Source: Azolla caroliniana
Taxonomy: Eukaryota; Plantae; Polypodiophyta
NCBI GenBank assembly: GCA_043228905.1
Contig: JBHGNT010000001.1
Span: 10,850,001 to 10,914,000 of the forward strand
DNA: 64,000 bases
Reading direction: 5' to 3'
Below, piece after piece: positions 51,601 to 64,000 of the stretch; position 1 is the stretch's first letter; each line of letters starts with the position of its first letter. The notes below the pieces were generated by a model. The model did not search any database. It saw only the letters and a list, made by a program, of their open reading frames with translations, and had not been told where the DNA came from. A program made the position numbers and the translations under genes.

Positions 51601-53305
51601 TACTAAAGTTAAGAGTTATAAAACATGATTTAATGGTGTCTAACTGATGAGGTGGTCTGAATTTCGACAGATAATGCCCATGTTTGATGAGGTAAGTGAG
51701 GAGGAAAAAATGGCATGATATTTTAGCCGTTCCTTATTTTTTCACAGTTTAATTGTTTTGAATGTACATTCCAATGGAATAAATTATCAAAGTGCCAGGC
51801 ACAGGCATCAAGTTGAGGAGGGGGCAAGTTGCAAAATTATAAAAAAAGTATTGACGGTTGGGCTCATGGATATAGCCCAACAAATACAAAGAAGCTCGTA
51901 GTTCAAAGCTTTACTCTTCTCAAATGCATTGCCTATAGCGAACATACTCAATCTATCAGCATTTAATTAAAACTGCTTCTTGATTGGCAGTTTCAATTCA
52001 AACAGTTCGCTTATTACCATTGAATGACTGTGTCAATTCTTGCTGTGAACTTGACAGTGTTGTGAAGCCAGCAAGGAAGACAAATTTTTAATAACTTGAT
52101 CTTCGACAATACACTTGCTGGAACTTCATCAGTTCAGAGAACAAATTATATTTTATAAAATAAGTTTTCTATTTGCGCATGATTGGTGTAAACTGGAGGA
52201 CAAGAATTTATCAGGTAAGCCAGTTCAAAGTGGAGACTCTCAAAGTGAATTTCAAGAATTTGCCTCTCAATAAGTTTGATTAATAACACAGAAAGACTCT
52301 GACCGACATTTTTGTAATCAATTTAGATTATAATATTTCAGAGCTCTTTCAAGAGACTTACCTTACATCCTCAGCCAGTTCAAAGCCTTTTGTATGGAAT
52401 TCAAAACCACGGTATTTTAATTGCTTACCAACTCTGATTTCTTTTAAAAAATACTTATCTCATCAGCCAGATCAGAGAGAAAAATTCGAACTGAGATTTT
52501 TGTAGAGAATATTTATGACAAGATGTTTCATTAAAAAAAGTCTCACCTCACCAGCCAGATCAAAACCTCTAGATTTATACTATGAGAACTTTTAAATAAG
52601 AGAAATCTTGGAGCTTCATTTTCTCAATGAAATCCAATATCTTTGAAAAGTAATTAACTAGAGAAACTTGAAGTTCATTTATTTAATGTAACCACATCTC
52701 TTTTCAGAGGACTTAATTAGAGAGCTTTTTTATATCTTCACTTCCTAGATAAAATCTGATTCCTTTGGAAAAAGCTTAACTCCAGAGCTTGTGTGTATTC
52801 ATTTCCAGGGTGAAAACGGTTTCTTTTCCTCAATGAAAAGGCGTACCTCATCGGCCCATTCAAATTGGAGGCTTTCATCCATTCGAAAAGCCATTGCAGA
52901 AGAAGAAGCGGAGGGAGAAGAAGAAGAAGACGGACCACCAGAAAGGAGAGAAAAACTGTTTATATTCAAACCGTTTCCTGAGTAAGATCCTTCAAACGAT
53001 ACTTCTTCTGCTCCTCCAGCTCTTGACTTTTCGCTTGCCGGAGCTCGGTTCACTTCATCTTCTTTTTCCATGCGCTGAACATCGCTCGAAATGGAAGAGA
53101 AGTCGAGAGATGCATAGGAAAGAGCAGTGGGACACTGCGGGTGAGAGACGAGAGGACCGAGAAGGTGCGAGGCGAGGGAGGGAGAGACGGAGGACAAAAC
53201 AGCAAGGGAAGGCAGGAACGGCGAGAGGGAAGAAGGTGGAAGCGTATCGAAGAAGCTAGGGTCGTCTCCGAACTGCAGGAACCCTAGGATTCTGTCAGTC
53301 GCCAT
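45623..53305 (-). CDS. INTS2: Integrator complex subunit 2 homologue, 11 exons
   Basis: Exons 53305-52847, 51496-51289, 51142-50370, 50280-50035, 49840-49683, 49616-49490, 48231-47824, 47741-46948, 46867-46708, 46601-46416, 45907-45623 are all in phase. Recognised blocks: [76 protein letters not shown]. Confidence 0.85.
48417..48753. repeat. Perfect 167-bp tandem duplication in INTS2 intron 6
   Basis: 48417-48583 equals 48587-48753, separated by GGA. Confidence 0.95.
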
Positions 53306-53480
53306 AGCCGAAGGCCAAAAGCTCTGAAGCGTTATAATATATACTACAAGTATTATATATACATATGCGATTTTTTTGTTTGTGGGGGAAGAAAGAGAAT
53401 GAAAGAAGAAGAAGAAGAAGAAGAAGAAGTGCATTCATTACTAAAGTCTAACACCATCCAATCATCTTTTAACATCCTCT

Positions 53481-53799
53481 GGCTTCTTCATTTCTTCAAG
53501 AATTAGGGAATTAACAATACCCTAAATCTTCAGTTGTTCAAGAAGGCGGGGAGAGAATGGAACAAGCGACACAGAATGTGTTCGGGTCTCGTGTTGATTG
53601 CCTGGGTCCATCCATCAATCAGACAAACGAAAGACTCATCTAGCTTCTTCATTTGTTCAAGAATTATGGAGCTAACAAAACCCTAAATCTTTCGTTGTTC
53701 AAGAAGGCGGGGAGAGAATGGAGCAAGCGACACAGAATGTGTTCGGGTCTCGTGTTGATTGCTTGGGTCCATCCATCAATCAGACAAACGGAAAGACTC
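53481..53799. repeat. ~160-bp tandem duplication in the INTS2 upstream region
   Basis: gcttcttcattt...accctaaatctt...gttcaagaaggcggggagagaatgg...cagacaaacg occurs twice. Confidence 0.92.
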
Positions 53800-54121
53800 C
53801 CCATCATCTCAATTGTATTATTGTCGCCAACTTCTAACTGGAGTCTCAACTTGAGCCTCTCCTACTTTTCATCTCATGGCTCTTTATTGTTTGTAAAGAT
53901 GGTGTGCAGTCTTGTTCTTCTCCCATGTCCATCTTTCACGTTTCCTAGCCTTGAGTTCTTTGCCTCTCTTCCAAGTTATTTTTGTTATTTTCCTTGGCAA
54001 TCGAATATGAAGATGTGGGACCATATCGAAACATCTTCGCATAGTGCACATGGAGTTTATAAGACACTTTCCGTTCTTAATTTAATTTTGAGCATCGCAC
54101 CCAAAATGCAAACTATGACTA

Positions 54122-54769
54122 TGCTAGATATTCATATAATTAATGATCAACGCCAAGTTCTCAAATTATCCCCATGTGTATTCTTAAAGTGCAAATTTTT
54201 TATAGCGCCCCAAATGAGGAGTAGTTATTGTGCAACCCAACCCTATGGGTCGATAATGTGTCACTGTAGGAAATCGTAGATGAGTAGGAAAGACTAAACC
54301 AGGTTAATAGGATTGACCTGTTATATCAACTACAAAGACATTCTATGGGCAAGTTAAAATGTACCACTAAAAATATATGTGCCACTAAGAGAAGTATTAT
54401 TTAGCACTAACTTGTATATAGGGATTTGGGCCATATTAAATGACAAATCACTTAAGAGAAAAGGAATATGCCCACTATTATTAATAGACTTGCACATTTT
54501 ATGTGATATTGAGACCAAACTAAGAATATATGTAATCTATTCCCTCTCTCTTACTTAGTGGTTGTGAATCGTGACTATTATCTATCCCCACTAATTTTGT
54601 AGTTGATTAGTCCAATTCCCATCTAAGCTCTAAGGTTTGAGTGCGTGGGTAAACTACCATTGTGAGCTACTCTCATATATAATAGAATGTTTGTTGTCAA
54701 TGGTCATATATACATCTTTGTGATTGTAACTCTATAGGCCTATCTAATTAATTCTCAATATTTCTAACA
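54122..54769 (+). mobile_element. Ty1/copia solo LTR (same family as 62823-63455)
   Basis: TG...CA ends; colinear with the 62823 LTR (gcgccccaaatgaggag, ccccactaattttgtagt, tctaagctctaagg, ctcaatatttctaa); TSD gacta/aacta. Confidence 0.88.
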
Positions 54770-55260
54770 AACTAAGAAATAAGTGTTAGTTAGGCTACGA
54801 TGTCATGGTCGTAACACAACAAGATCGAATCAAAGAATAATAAGAAAAGGGAAATAAGAGGATATTATATGTGCATTAACGAGAAGAATAAGATTAGAAG
54901 AATACACCAACGACCACGTTCAATCATAAAGGGTTCATCAATCAATAAACACCTATTTATATAGAATGATTGACACCTCACAACCATGCACGATTGGTCA
55001 CTTGTCATTCATGCAAGCATGCCATTTAGTAATCATTCATTAGTCTCCGCAATGTGACAAAATCTTGTAATGTTATGTATATGGCCCAAACTATCTATGA
55101 AACAAATATTATGTATGATTTGATATACCTTAGTGGTTAACATTACAATTGTCCTTCGAATAAGTGCAATATCAAATGCATCATCTTCCACAATAAAGAT
55201 CTTGACTAGATCAATATGGATCAAAACAAGGGCACGTTGTCATGGAGATCCGCATGCATG

Positions 55261-56155
55261 TGTCGAATCTAGACGAGACCACTTGGGTCTTGAACCAGAG
55301 AGACATGGGGAAGGAAAGGCTGAGCTTCGCTAGTACCAGTTACCAATGACTCAGACACTGGCTGGAGCATTTCCGGATACATAGTTGATATAAACTGAAT
55401 GAGAGAAAGAGAAGGCACTCACACAACGCTCGGTTAGTGCACTCCGCTTATGTACAAGAACTGAAAGGGAAAGAAACACTTCGACATAGAAAACTCGATA
55501 AGCAATCATCGTATACAGAATCAGAAAGGAACAAAACACCATCGACACCGACAAGACACAGATATGCACAACCCATTCTTATATGTATTTATATGAAAAC
55601 AAAGTACATCCATGGCTTCAAGCCGGACTAAAGTAGGTTAGGTTACATCAGTTGTCTGCAACCAAGCCGCTGGTCGAGGAGCTCACGGGCTCGTTGCGCC
55701 GAGCGGGGTCTTGTGTAGGAGACAGAGCATGAACGAAACTCCTTGAACATACAAGCTCTAAATCGGACTAAACCCTAAACACCCAAAACAAGGGAAAATG
55801 GAACCCCAAGAACCAAAATATATGGAACTCGTAAAAATAGGGAACCCCCTTTACAAGGAACTCTTCCCTCCTTTTATAGCTCAAGGAGAGAGGTATGTTA
55901 CAATGTGGGATAAATATTCCTTTTTTTCAGAGGAGATATGTTGCCATGATTTCTGGGGAGGTACATTAAACACCCTCACCACGTATGCAAGTGTACTAAT
56001 GTATACCTCCTCACTAACTCACGTGCATCTTAGCACCCCTTTCATTTCCTTTATTCCTATTTACAATTTCCTAACGTACATGTGCACATGTTGCACATTG
56101 CTGACTTTGCCCGCTCCATCCGGTTTTCTCACTGTACCTGGAAATCTTCACGACA
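55261..56155 (-). mobile_element. Probable solo LTR of another family
   Basis: TGTCG...CGACA termini, minus-strand TATAAAA at ~55873, flanks gcatg/acgtg differing by two transitions. Confidence 0.55.
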
Positions 56156-56169
56156 ACGTGTAAATGCAC

Positions 56170-56770
56170 ACTTTATGCTTTCGAATGCCTTAACTGCAAT
56201 TGAAGTCCATGCGATTGGTTGATTATTCTATGTAAGTTATGTAATGGGTGGAACCATCTTCAACTAATTCTTAATGAATTTGCATTACAAACTTCAAACC
56301 CCTAAAACATTTGACATCACATGGATCGTGGTGTTTGCCCCTTCAGTACCGTAGGCACCTTGCCTCAATCCATAGAAATGCCTTCCAACTCTGGACTATA
56401 TATTATAGGAATTTCACTTTATTGTGATCAAAACCATACTTCTTCAGTTTGCATTAGAGGCCATATTCTCACAATCATCGTAGAATTCAGGGGACATGCA
56501 CATATTATGCTCCTCTTGAAGCCAAGAAAAGACCATAATGTTACCTAGATGAATGATGATGAATATGTATGAAGTATAGTTGGCCATATGTTGAAAATTT
56601 GTTAGTGCATTTGTGAGACCAAAGACCATAAGTATATATGCTCAAAATTACCCATATTGAGTGGGGAACACAATTTTCCATACATTGCCCAAACAAAATC
56701 AAATAAGATTAAACCACCTTTGAAAAGATTTATCTTTGTAAAGCATTTGGCTCCACTCGCACAAGCCTAA
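56170..56770 (-). mobile_element. Highly degenerate Ty3/gypsy RT
   Basis: MVFGLTNALTNFQ...HLGNIMVFS..EEH resembles MPFGLTNAPATFQ...YLDDILIYS. Confidence 0.7.
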
Positions 56771-57861
56771 GTAAGAGTAGCGTATTTTGTGTGGGTTAAG
56801 TAAGATTGTGATGATTTAGTAGTAGTATATATATAGTAGATAGTAGTAGTGCCCCAACCTCCTTCTTGTCATGACCATATGGTTGGCGCGAGCCGTTCCC
56901 CGCAATTACCACTTCCTCCTGTTTGGTAAAAACCTAATGGTCTTAAAATTGTGCACGTGATTAAGGGCATTCTTATTAGTTTGATACCTACATTCTAATA
57001 CATAACTATCAACACATATAATTTAAAGGATATACTTCATGAGAATCATGGCACACATTTCTTAGCCAGAAGGATACACATTTCCACGAAGAGGAAAAAT
57101 ATGGTCATAGAAGTAGCTAAGGAGAAGCGAATGTGTTCATTTCTGCACCTGCTCTCGTGCTACGAATCTTATCTCGGCTAACAAGAGTCGAAGAAGAAAT
57201 TGAATTTGGTGAGGAAGTATGTAGTTGAAGAATTTAAATCCTTTGGAAAGACAACTTCAGAGTCCGAATGCATGAAAACTTTCTTTTGATTGGATAGGAA
57301 AAAAACATGTTATTCTCATCTTCATCACTATCTTCGAGTTATCCTTCTTTGAGCTCAAGCGTTGACGAATCATATTTACCAAAAAAGAACATACTCTCCT
57401 TTAGTTAAAATATACACAAACTCGATCCCTTTCTCGGGTAGGCCGAGCGAAGACTATCCTATCCTACAAAGAGATCTCGCTTATTTATCTTACACTTTCA
57501 CATGTGGCTCTAGCCATCCATTCATGCACAATCAATCACCTACATTCAGTAATGCCGCAAAAAAACACCTAAAAGGAGGATTTTTGTTTATTTATCCTCC
57601 TCTAATCCGAATTCTTCTCTCCAGACTCGGGTATCATGGAATTGTTAAGTTCAGCGCTATGCAAAGGAAGAACGTTAAATCCCCTCAGCTTGGGCTTCAT
57701 CAGAAATTGGGCTAGGGCTAGGATTAGGGTTTTGGACACTGGAACTTTCTTTCAATGCAATGGCACGTCCGATGGCTTTGCCTTCTGAAGGGTTGTCTGG
57801 GGAAGGTAATTTGATGATGACCACAACAGCCTTCAGATCTCCTTCCATAGCTTCCGTAGAT

Positions 57862-58345
57862 CAGAAGAAGAAGAAGAAGAAGAAGAAGAAGAAGACGAAG
57901 GAGAAGAAGGGAAGAGGAAGAGGAAGAGGAAGAGGAAGAGGAAGAGGAAGAGGAAGAGGAGGAAATATACAGGAACTTCTCTGTAATTACAGTATGCTGT
58001 ATTTTTCAAAGCTGTGGTGGACCCCTCTGATCAGACACTGAATAAATGCATTTATCTGAAAAATGCTAATGAATTAACCACATTTGATACTAATGAATAA
58101 CCAAGGCACGGTAATCTTGTTTAAAATACTTAATCACATAAAAAGGTACAAAGAAAAACACTTTATATGCGATACTTAAGTGTCAATCGGTAAAATACTT
58201 AAGGTACAAGGAAAACACTAATGATACCGAAGAAGAAGAAGTCTCAACTGAAGAAGGAGAAGAAGAAGAAGAAGAAGAAGAAGAAGAAGAAGAAGAAGAA
58301 GAAGAAGAAGAAGAAGAAGAAGCAGCAGCAGCAGCAGCAAGAAGA
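57862..58345. repeat. (GAA)n, (GGAAGA)n and (CAG)n microsatellites upstream of MAP3K
   Basis: Directly visible. Confidence 0.95.
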
Positions 58346-58454
58346 AGAACAAAGAAACGGCTCCAACATGTAAAACAAAGACGAAGTCAATATTTTTGTG
58401 CCACGTCCTTAGCGACGAAGTCTGATCAGACAGATTATTCACGCTCTTTCCGCC

Positions 58455-61018
58455 ATGCCATTGTCACGTCCTGCTCAGGATCAAGAGAAGGAATCCAGCA
58501 TGATTGATGTCAGTGAGCAACCTACAGCTATTTCAGAAGATCTAGAGAATCCTAGTGTTTCAGAGAGCAATCTTGTTCAACAGTCTGAGGAAGAACTTGT
58601 GTTCGCATCTCAAGTTGTACTGCAAAATGGAATTTCTGCTGATAGAGATATCCCCTCTTTGGTGATCGATTCAGTACCTCAAATTTCCCTACCGCGTGTA
58701 AACATCACATCATGGAGAAAACTTAAGAAGCCACTTGGCAGTGGCTCATTTGGAACAGTGTACGAGGGGCTCTCTAAGTAAGTTTTCAACTTTTGAGTAT
58801 TCTTTCCATTTAATGTGTAGTCAGAAAATTTCATCCTATAATATTGCATAATTACATGTTGAAATGCTATAAAGTGTTTTTTGTATTGACCCTTTTATAC
58901 TATTGCATAATTACATCAAACATTAACCTTAAAAATGAATGTATTAGATGGGATGAATGCCATTTATTATTCGAGTTCACTTTTCTTTTCCATTTGTTTT
59001 GGCTGATATATATTTCTAATAACGAAAATCCACTGACTCTTGTAGTACACCGTTGGTAGTAATCACTTTCGGATTAGGTCAAGGTAACAATGCTGGATGA
59101 ACTCATTGTTCTTGCCCACTCCATAGTTTCTCAAAAATTTGTACTAGAAAAAGGCTTCTAGATGTTTGTTTCTGGTGTTAATGTACTACGAAAAGACTTC
59201 TTGATGTATTTCCATTGCACTGCAATTAAATGGGATAGGATTCCTACATATCATCTAAAGAGGTATTGTAGAATCAAGGTCTGATTCTTAATGAAGCAAG
59301 CATGATTTTCCAAAGCAATTATTATTCACAAGAACTTTCATTCTAATGGTCATGGATGCTGCTGGATATTGGTATGATCCAAGATCTGAGCTCAGGTTTT
59401 GTATTTTGATCGAAATGGAAAATTTATTATTTTAAGCATGTAAACCTTAGTGGGTCTTCTCATTTAATAGTACCTTGCACAACTTCCATTTATCATTGCA
59501 GGGATGGAATATATTTTGCAGTAAAAGAAGCGTCCTTGTCAGAGAATAATATTAAAGTGCAGAAATGTGTTTCACAATTGGAACAGGTACGTGAAATAGC
59601 TTATACATTTGTCTTTTTTTTATGTCATCACACATCTAGAAAATTATGAATTAACTTTTCATATCGATGTTTCATTTATTTTTCCATATTTTTCTTAGAA
59701 CCATTCCTTAGAATACAATCAAACGCCAGATTTCTTCTAACTATTCCCAATGTTCTCACCTGGAATGTTAAGAGATGGATCGATGAACTCAAACCATGCC
59801 CGCTATTATATATACTCTCCTACATATTCAATGTACCATATTGTATATTTTCTTGAAAGAGCTAGTCCATGGTGTACGTGTAATGATAGGTTGTAGCGAA
59901 GGGAGTTCTGGAGTATGAGTTTGAAAATATAGTATTTATGTGGAAAGTCAATTTTAGGATTGGGAAGATGAAGTATTAAAGCACTTGTATCACTTATATA
60001 TTCATATATTTGAATATCTAAGTTCACAGTTTCTTTTCTAGTCTCAGAACTAACTTCTCCCTCTATTTTCTATTCTCTATTGCTCCCTGATGTCCATTTA
60101 TCATTCTGAGTAGCAAAACTTGTCTTTTCTCTCTTCAATTCTGTTGTCTTCTCCTCTTTCTCTCTTCAATCAGAAAAGTTTATCACCCTGATGATTGGAG
60201 CAGTGGCTATACCAAACCAAATACAAAACCTGGCTCAATTCTGGAAATATTGATGTCTAGTGTTTCTTGAATCCTCATTGCCATCGTCCACTGGAATGAT
60301 TCTCGCTAGGAAGAATGCCCAGGTTGACGTGATTCCATAGACATTTTCTTGCCATATTCCTTAGCTTGCATACGTTTTCTTGGTGTTTAAATTTCCTAGG
60401 ATATGCATTCCATCTGTTGTATTTAAGGAGAACATCAAAAATAGAATTTTCTGTATCCCAATCTAGAACCAGTTAAATCTTGGATGGATCCATTGAGATT
60501 CCCTAATGAGACTACATATCCCAGAAACTCCATTTGACCGTGTTTGAAATTGCACTTCTCTAGTTTTTGGCATAGACGCTTTACTCTCTCAATGGTTGTA
60601 GAACTTGACAAATGTGGAAATCCTCCTCCACGTAATGCTTATAAAACATCTCCAAAATCATTCCACCACATGCATTAATATCATGTTCATGAATCTTTAG
60701 GAAACCTAGAGCTTTTGTTTTTGCATGAATTCATCCATATTCATAATCATGATTTGTCTCAGAGTCTGATTTTGGCCTCTAGTAGACATTAAATTTCTTT
60801 CTTTCTATTCTTAATTATATTTCTAATAATTATTATTATTTAGTTATGTTTATTCTGGTTTGCTGTTCTCAAAGATAAGACTATCAATGGGCACGGTTTT
60901 GGCTCAAACCTAACCGAACCGAACCGTTTGTCTTATCAACATTTTAAGATGTAATCTCTTGTTTGATCTTATAGACCATTTCGAACTCTTAAAAGACATT
61001 AATACATCTTTCTTTCTT

Positions 61019-61056
<38 letters not shown>

Positions 61057-62424
61057 GTCTCTCTATTTGTATACATGTTTGTCTTTCAGTTTTTCTATTG
61101 CTTGGCTTATGGAGTATTTGGTTGTGACTACAGGAAATTGACGTACTTAGCAGATTCCAACATGAGAATATTGTTAGATATTATGGTACTCAAAAGGTTA
61201 GTAATATCTAACTAAGATTTCTAATATTCGTTTCAAAAATCTAGAATTGGCTTTATTTTTTATTCTAGAAAAGCTTTCTTGGTAAAATTATGTTCGTATA
61301 TCAAACGATAGAAAGAAATGAGTAGATATTAAATAATGGTATTGTCTCAGTTTCACTTTTGAGTTATGTAAAAAAATTCTCTAAGGCTAATATTGTCTGG
61401 GCAAACCACTAAAGACTTAATTAGAGAGACAAGAATAATGCAAGGAAGAGAGAATGACGTAAAAAATGCAGTAATCAATACAAACCTGTATATGACAAAG
61501 CAGACCAATGCTACAAATGGGTAGCAATCACTTCAATCATATGATACTCTTAGTTTAATGTGCTATGCCTTGCTGAACATTCAGGATTCAAGTAGAGTGA
61601 CAATGTTTTTACTTAATAGTTAAGAAAGTGTTTTATGAATATTGTTAAAGAGTGTATAGGGTTGGAACTATTGACTCTCATCACATTTTTTCATTTCTGT
61701 TATCTCTATCATTGTGATGCAAGACAATCTAATAATGGTCTTTTTTGTAACTCTATATTTAGTTCTCATGCACAAATCATTATTTGTCCAGAAAAAGTGC
61801 GTGAGCTTAATCTGGTTTAAATTTTGTAACTGATTATATCTGAAAATTTCACATGTGATGTAAATTTGCGGTACTAGAAAATTGTATCTATGAAATAATG
61901 AAACAGTATCTTTGCTTGTTGACAGAAACCAGACAAATTGTACATATTTTTGGAATTGGTCAGCAAGGGGTCCCTTGCCTCTTTGTATCAGGAGTATCCA
62001 TTATTTGACTCTCAAATACGGATATACACCAGACAGATTTTAAGTGGTTTAAAGTATCTGCATGATTGCAACGTCATACACAGGTAATATTCATTCTTTG
62101 TTTGTGGTTTTTAAGGACCGCGATAATGGGGCTTACTTTAGCATTTTGCCATCCTAGGGATATCAGATGTGCAAATATATTAGTACACACTAATGGGAGG
62201 ATCAAAATTGCAGAATTTGGACTAGCAAAACAGGTTTCTGCAAACTGTTTCATTAGTTTTATGCTTATCCATTCTTGTACTTCATTTTTTTGCTGCCTAT
62301 GTAAAGCGTTCTCGGTGCAGTGTTGCTGAAAACTGTGTTGAAAATTATTGCAATATGTGTGCAGATTTCAAAATTAGATGAACTCAAGTCTTGCAAGGGA
62401 AGTGCGTGTTGGATGGCTCCGGAG
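58455..62424 (+). CDS. MEKK1-like MAP kinase kinase kinase, 5' exons only (continues beyond the window)
   Basis: Exons 58455-58777, 59502-59586, 61134-61196, 61926-62083, 62158-62233, 62365-62424. Motifs LGSGSFGTVYEG, FAVKE, LEQEI, HENIVRYYGT, YIFLELV, HRDIRCANIL, KIAEFGLAK, CKGSACWMAPE. Confidence 0.9.
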
Positions 62425-62822
62425 GTTAGTTTTATCTCATTTGATTCATGTTTCTTTCAAATTAGGATTATGTCTCTCCAATGGCATGGTAAACGAGTGT
62501 TTCTCAAGAAGTTTCATACTTCAGAGGTGTAGCTAGCCACTATTAAAAAGGAAATCTGATACATCAAGTTTTATCCATATGGTCTTTAGTCCCATATATT
62601 TGTTTATATACCAATGGCATGGTTTGTGTATTTGTTTATATACCAATGAACCTCTCTCAGCAGACTTTTTAACAATCTTTTCCCCCCCTCATAAGGGTAG
62701 CTCATCAGGGTTCTATTCTTGTAGAAAGTTAGAAAAGGTAGTTATAGGTATTTGCCTGTTGAAGTGCCATTTGTGTTATAGTTGTATTTGGTACTTATAA
62801 AAGCATGATTGGACATGCTAGT

Positions 62823-64000
62823 TGTTAGATATAATCAATGATCAGCCCCAAGTTGTAAATCTATCCCCATATGTGCTCTTAGAGTGCACATTTTGTGATA
62901 GCGCCCCAAATGAGGAGCGGCTAGTGTGCAACTCTACCATATGGGTCGATAAGGTGTTAATCTAGGAAACCGTAGATGCGTAGGACACAATATATTTAGG
63001 AAAGAGAGAAATAGATAAAAGGATTGGCTAATCAAGTCAGCTAGAATATTTTGTGGGCAAGTTACGATGTACTTAGTCTTGAAGTATGCGTCATTGACTT
63101 CAAGATAAGTATTATCTAGCACTAGCCTGTACCTAGGGAGTTGGGTCATATTAAATGACAAGTCAGTTGACAGAAAAGGAATATCTCCACTACTGTCAAC
63201 TGACTTGCACATTTATACTAAGACCAAACATAGATTATAAGTCACTTTTCTCACACAGTGGTCAGATTGATCATTAGTCCCCACTAATTTTGTAGTGAGC
63301 CGGTCCATATCCTATCTAAGCTCTAAGGTGTGAGCGCATGGGAAAACTACCATTTTGAACTACTCTCATATGTAATAGAAATTCTGTTTTCATATATCCA
63401 TCTCTGCAGTTGTAACTCTATATACCTATCTACTCGATTCTCAATATTTCTAATATGGTATCAGAGCGAAGAGGTTGATCTAGATTAGGTATATACGGGT
63501 AGTTGCTGTCTAGCAACAGAGAGAAATAGAGAGAGAGAGAGAGACAGACAGAGTATCAATGGCCTTGTCCACGAATGTTGCAGCTGCTCCATTGCGCATT
63601 CGCCCACCTCCATTGTCTGATGGAAAGCTAGATGGAACCAACTACACTCTATGGAAGTTCAAAATGTCTGCCATTTTGGATTCCTACGAGTTGTTGGAAA
63701 CAATCATGGGACCCACAGGGGGAGACCCTGAGCCCATGGCAACCTTTGACCCTGCACACCCTACCACATCAATTCCTCCAAATGCTGATCTACTTCGAGC
63801 CTGGAAGAGAAGGAATGCTGATGCGCTATGTACCATAGTCACTGGTGTATGTGACTCCGTACTAACACTAGTGCAACATACAACTAGGGCACATGAAGCT
63901 TGGAGCATATTGGCTAGCCAGTATGAGACCAGAAACTATACAAGGATACAAAACCTCGAAAATCAGCTTGCTGCAGAGAAGCTCGCTGATGGAGAGAAAG
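62823..64000 (+). mobile_element. Ty1/copia element in a MAP3K intron: 5' LTR 62823-63455, tRNA-Met PBS, gag from 63559 open to the window end
   Basis: PBS TGGTATCAGAGC at 63456-63467; gag KLDGTNYTLWKFKMSAILDSYEL...AHEAWSILASQY. Confidence 0.95.

Noticed and set aside
53653-54279. 208-aa ORF
   Set aside because: It spans a tandem repeat and runs into a solo LTR, with no recognisable motifs.
54784-55228. Additional solo LTR
   Set aside because: TGTT/AACA-like ends are present but no TSD or second copy was found.
57760-58442. Poly-K/GR and poly-L ORFs
   Set aside because: They derive from (GAA)n and (GGAAGA)n repeats with no domain evidence; they may be MAP3K 5' UTR or uORF.

Overview
Eukaryotic, AT-rich, intron-containing plant nuclear DNA. 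A PLS-class PPR gene, a Tcn1/Tf1-like chromovirus, an RTE LINE and an INTS2 gene point to a seed-free land plant, probably a fern (inference). Host genes: a 5-exon PP2C (-), a small basic C11orf98/Alb1-like gene (-), a PLS-E PPR (+), an 11-exon Integrator subunit 2 homologue (-), and the 5' part of a MEKK1-like MAP3K (+) with non-canonical catalytic motifs and a copia element in an intron. The first 15 kb is a nest of mobile elements dominated by a ~11.7 kb decayed DNA transposon. It carries a Sola-like DDD transposase and a coiled-coil/RING-H2 cargo gene, and is itself hit by a gypsy solo LTR (TSD AGGAG) and a copia 3' end. Other notable items: a self-priming (tRNA-independent) gypsy PBS; tRNA-like A/B-box cassettes in several unrelated repeats; a long-TIR Ulp1-remnant element in a (TATG)n array with its empty-site paralogue next door; a TSD-flanked MAPK+PPR chimeric insertion; and an RTE LINE sitting in (TC)n. 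All assignments were made by eye without database searches.
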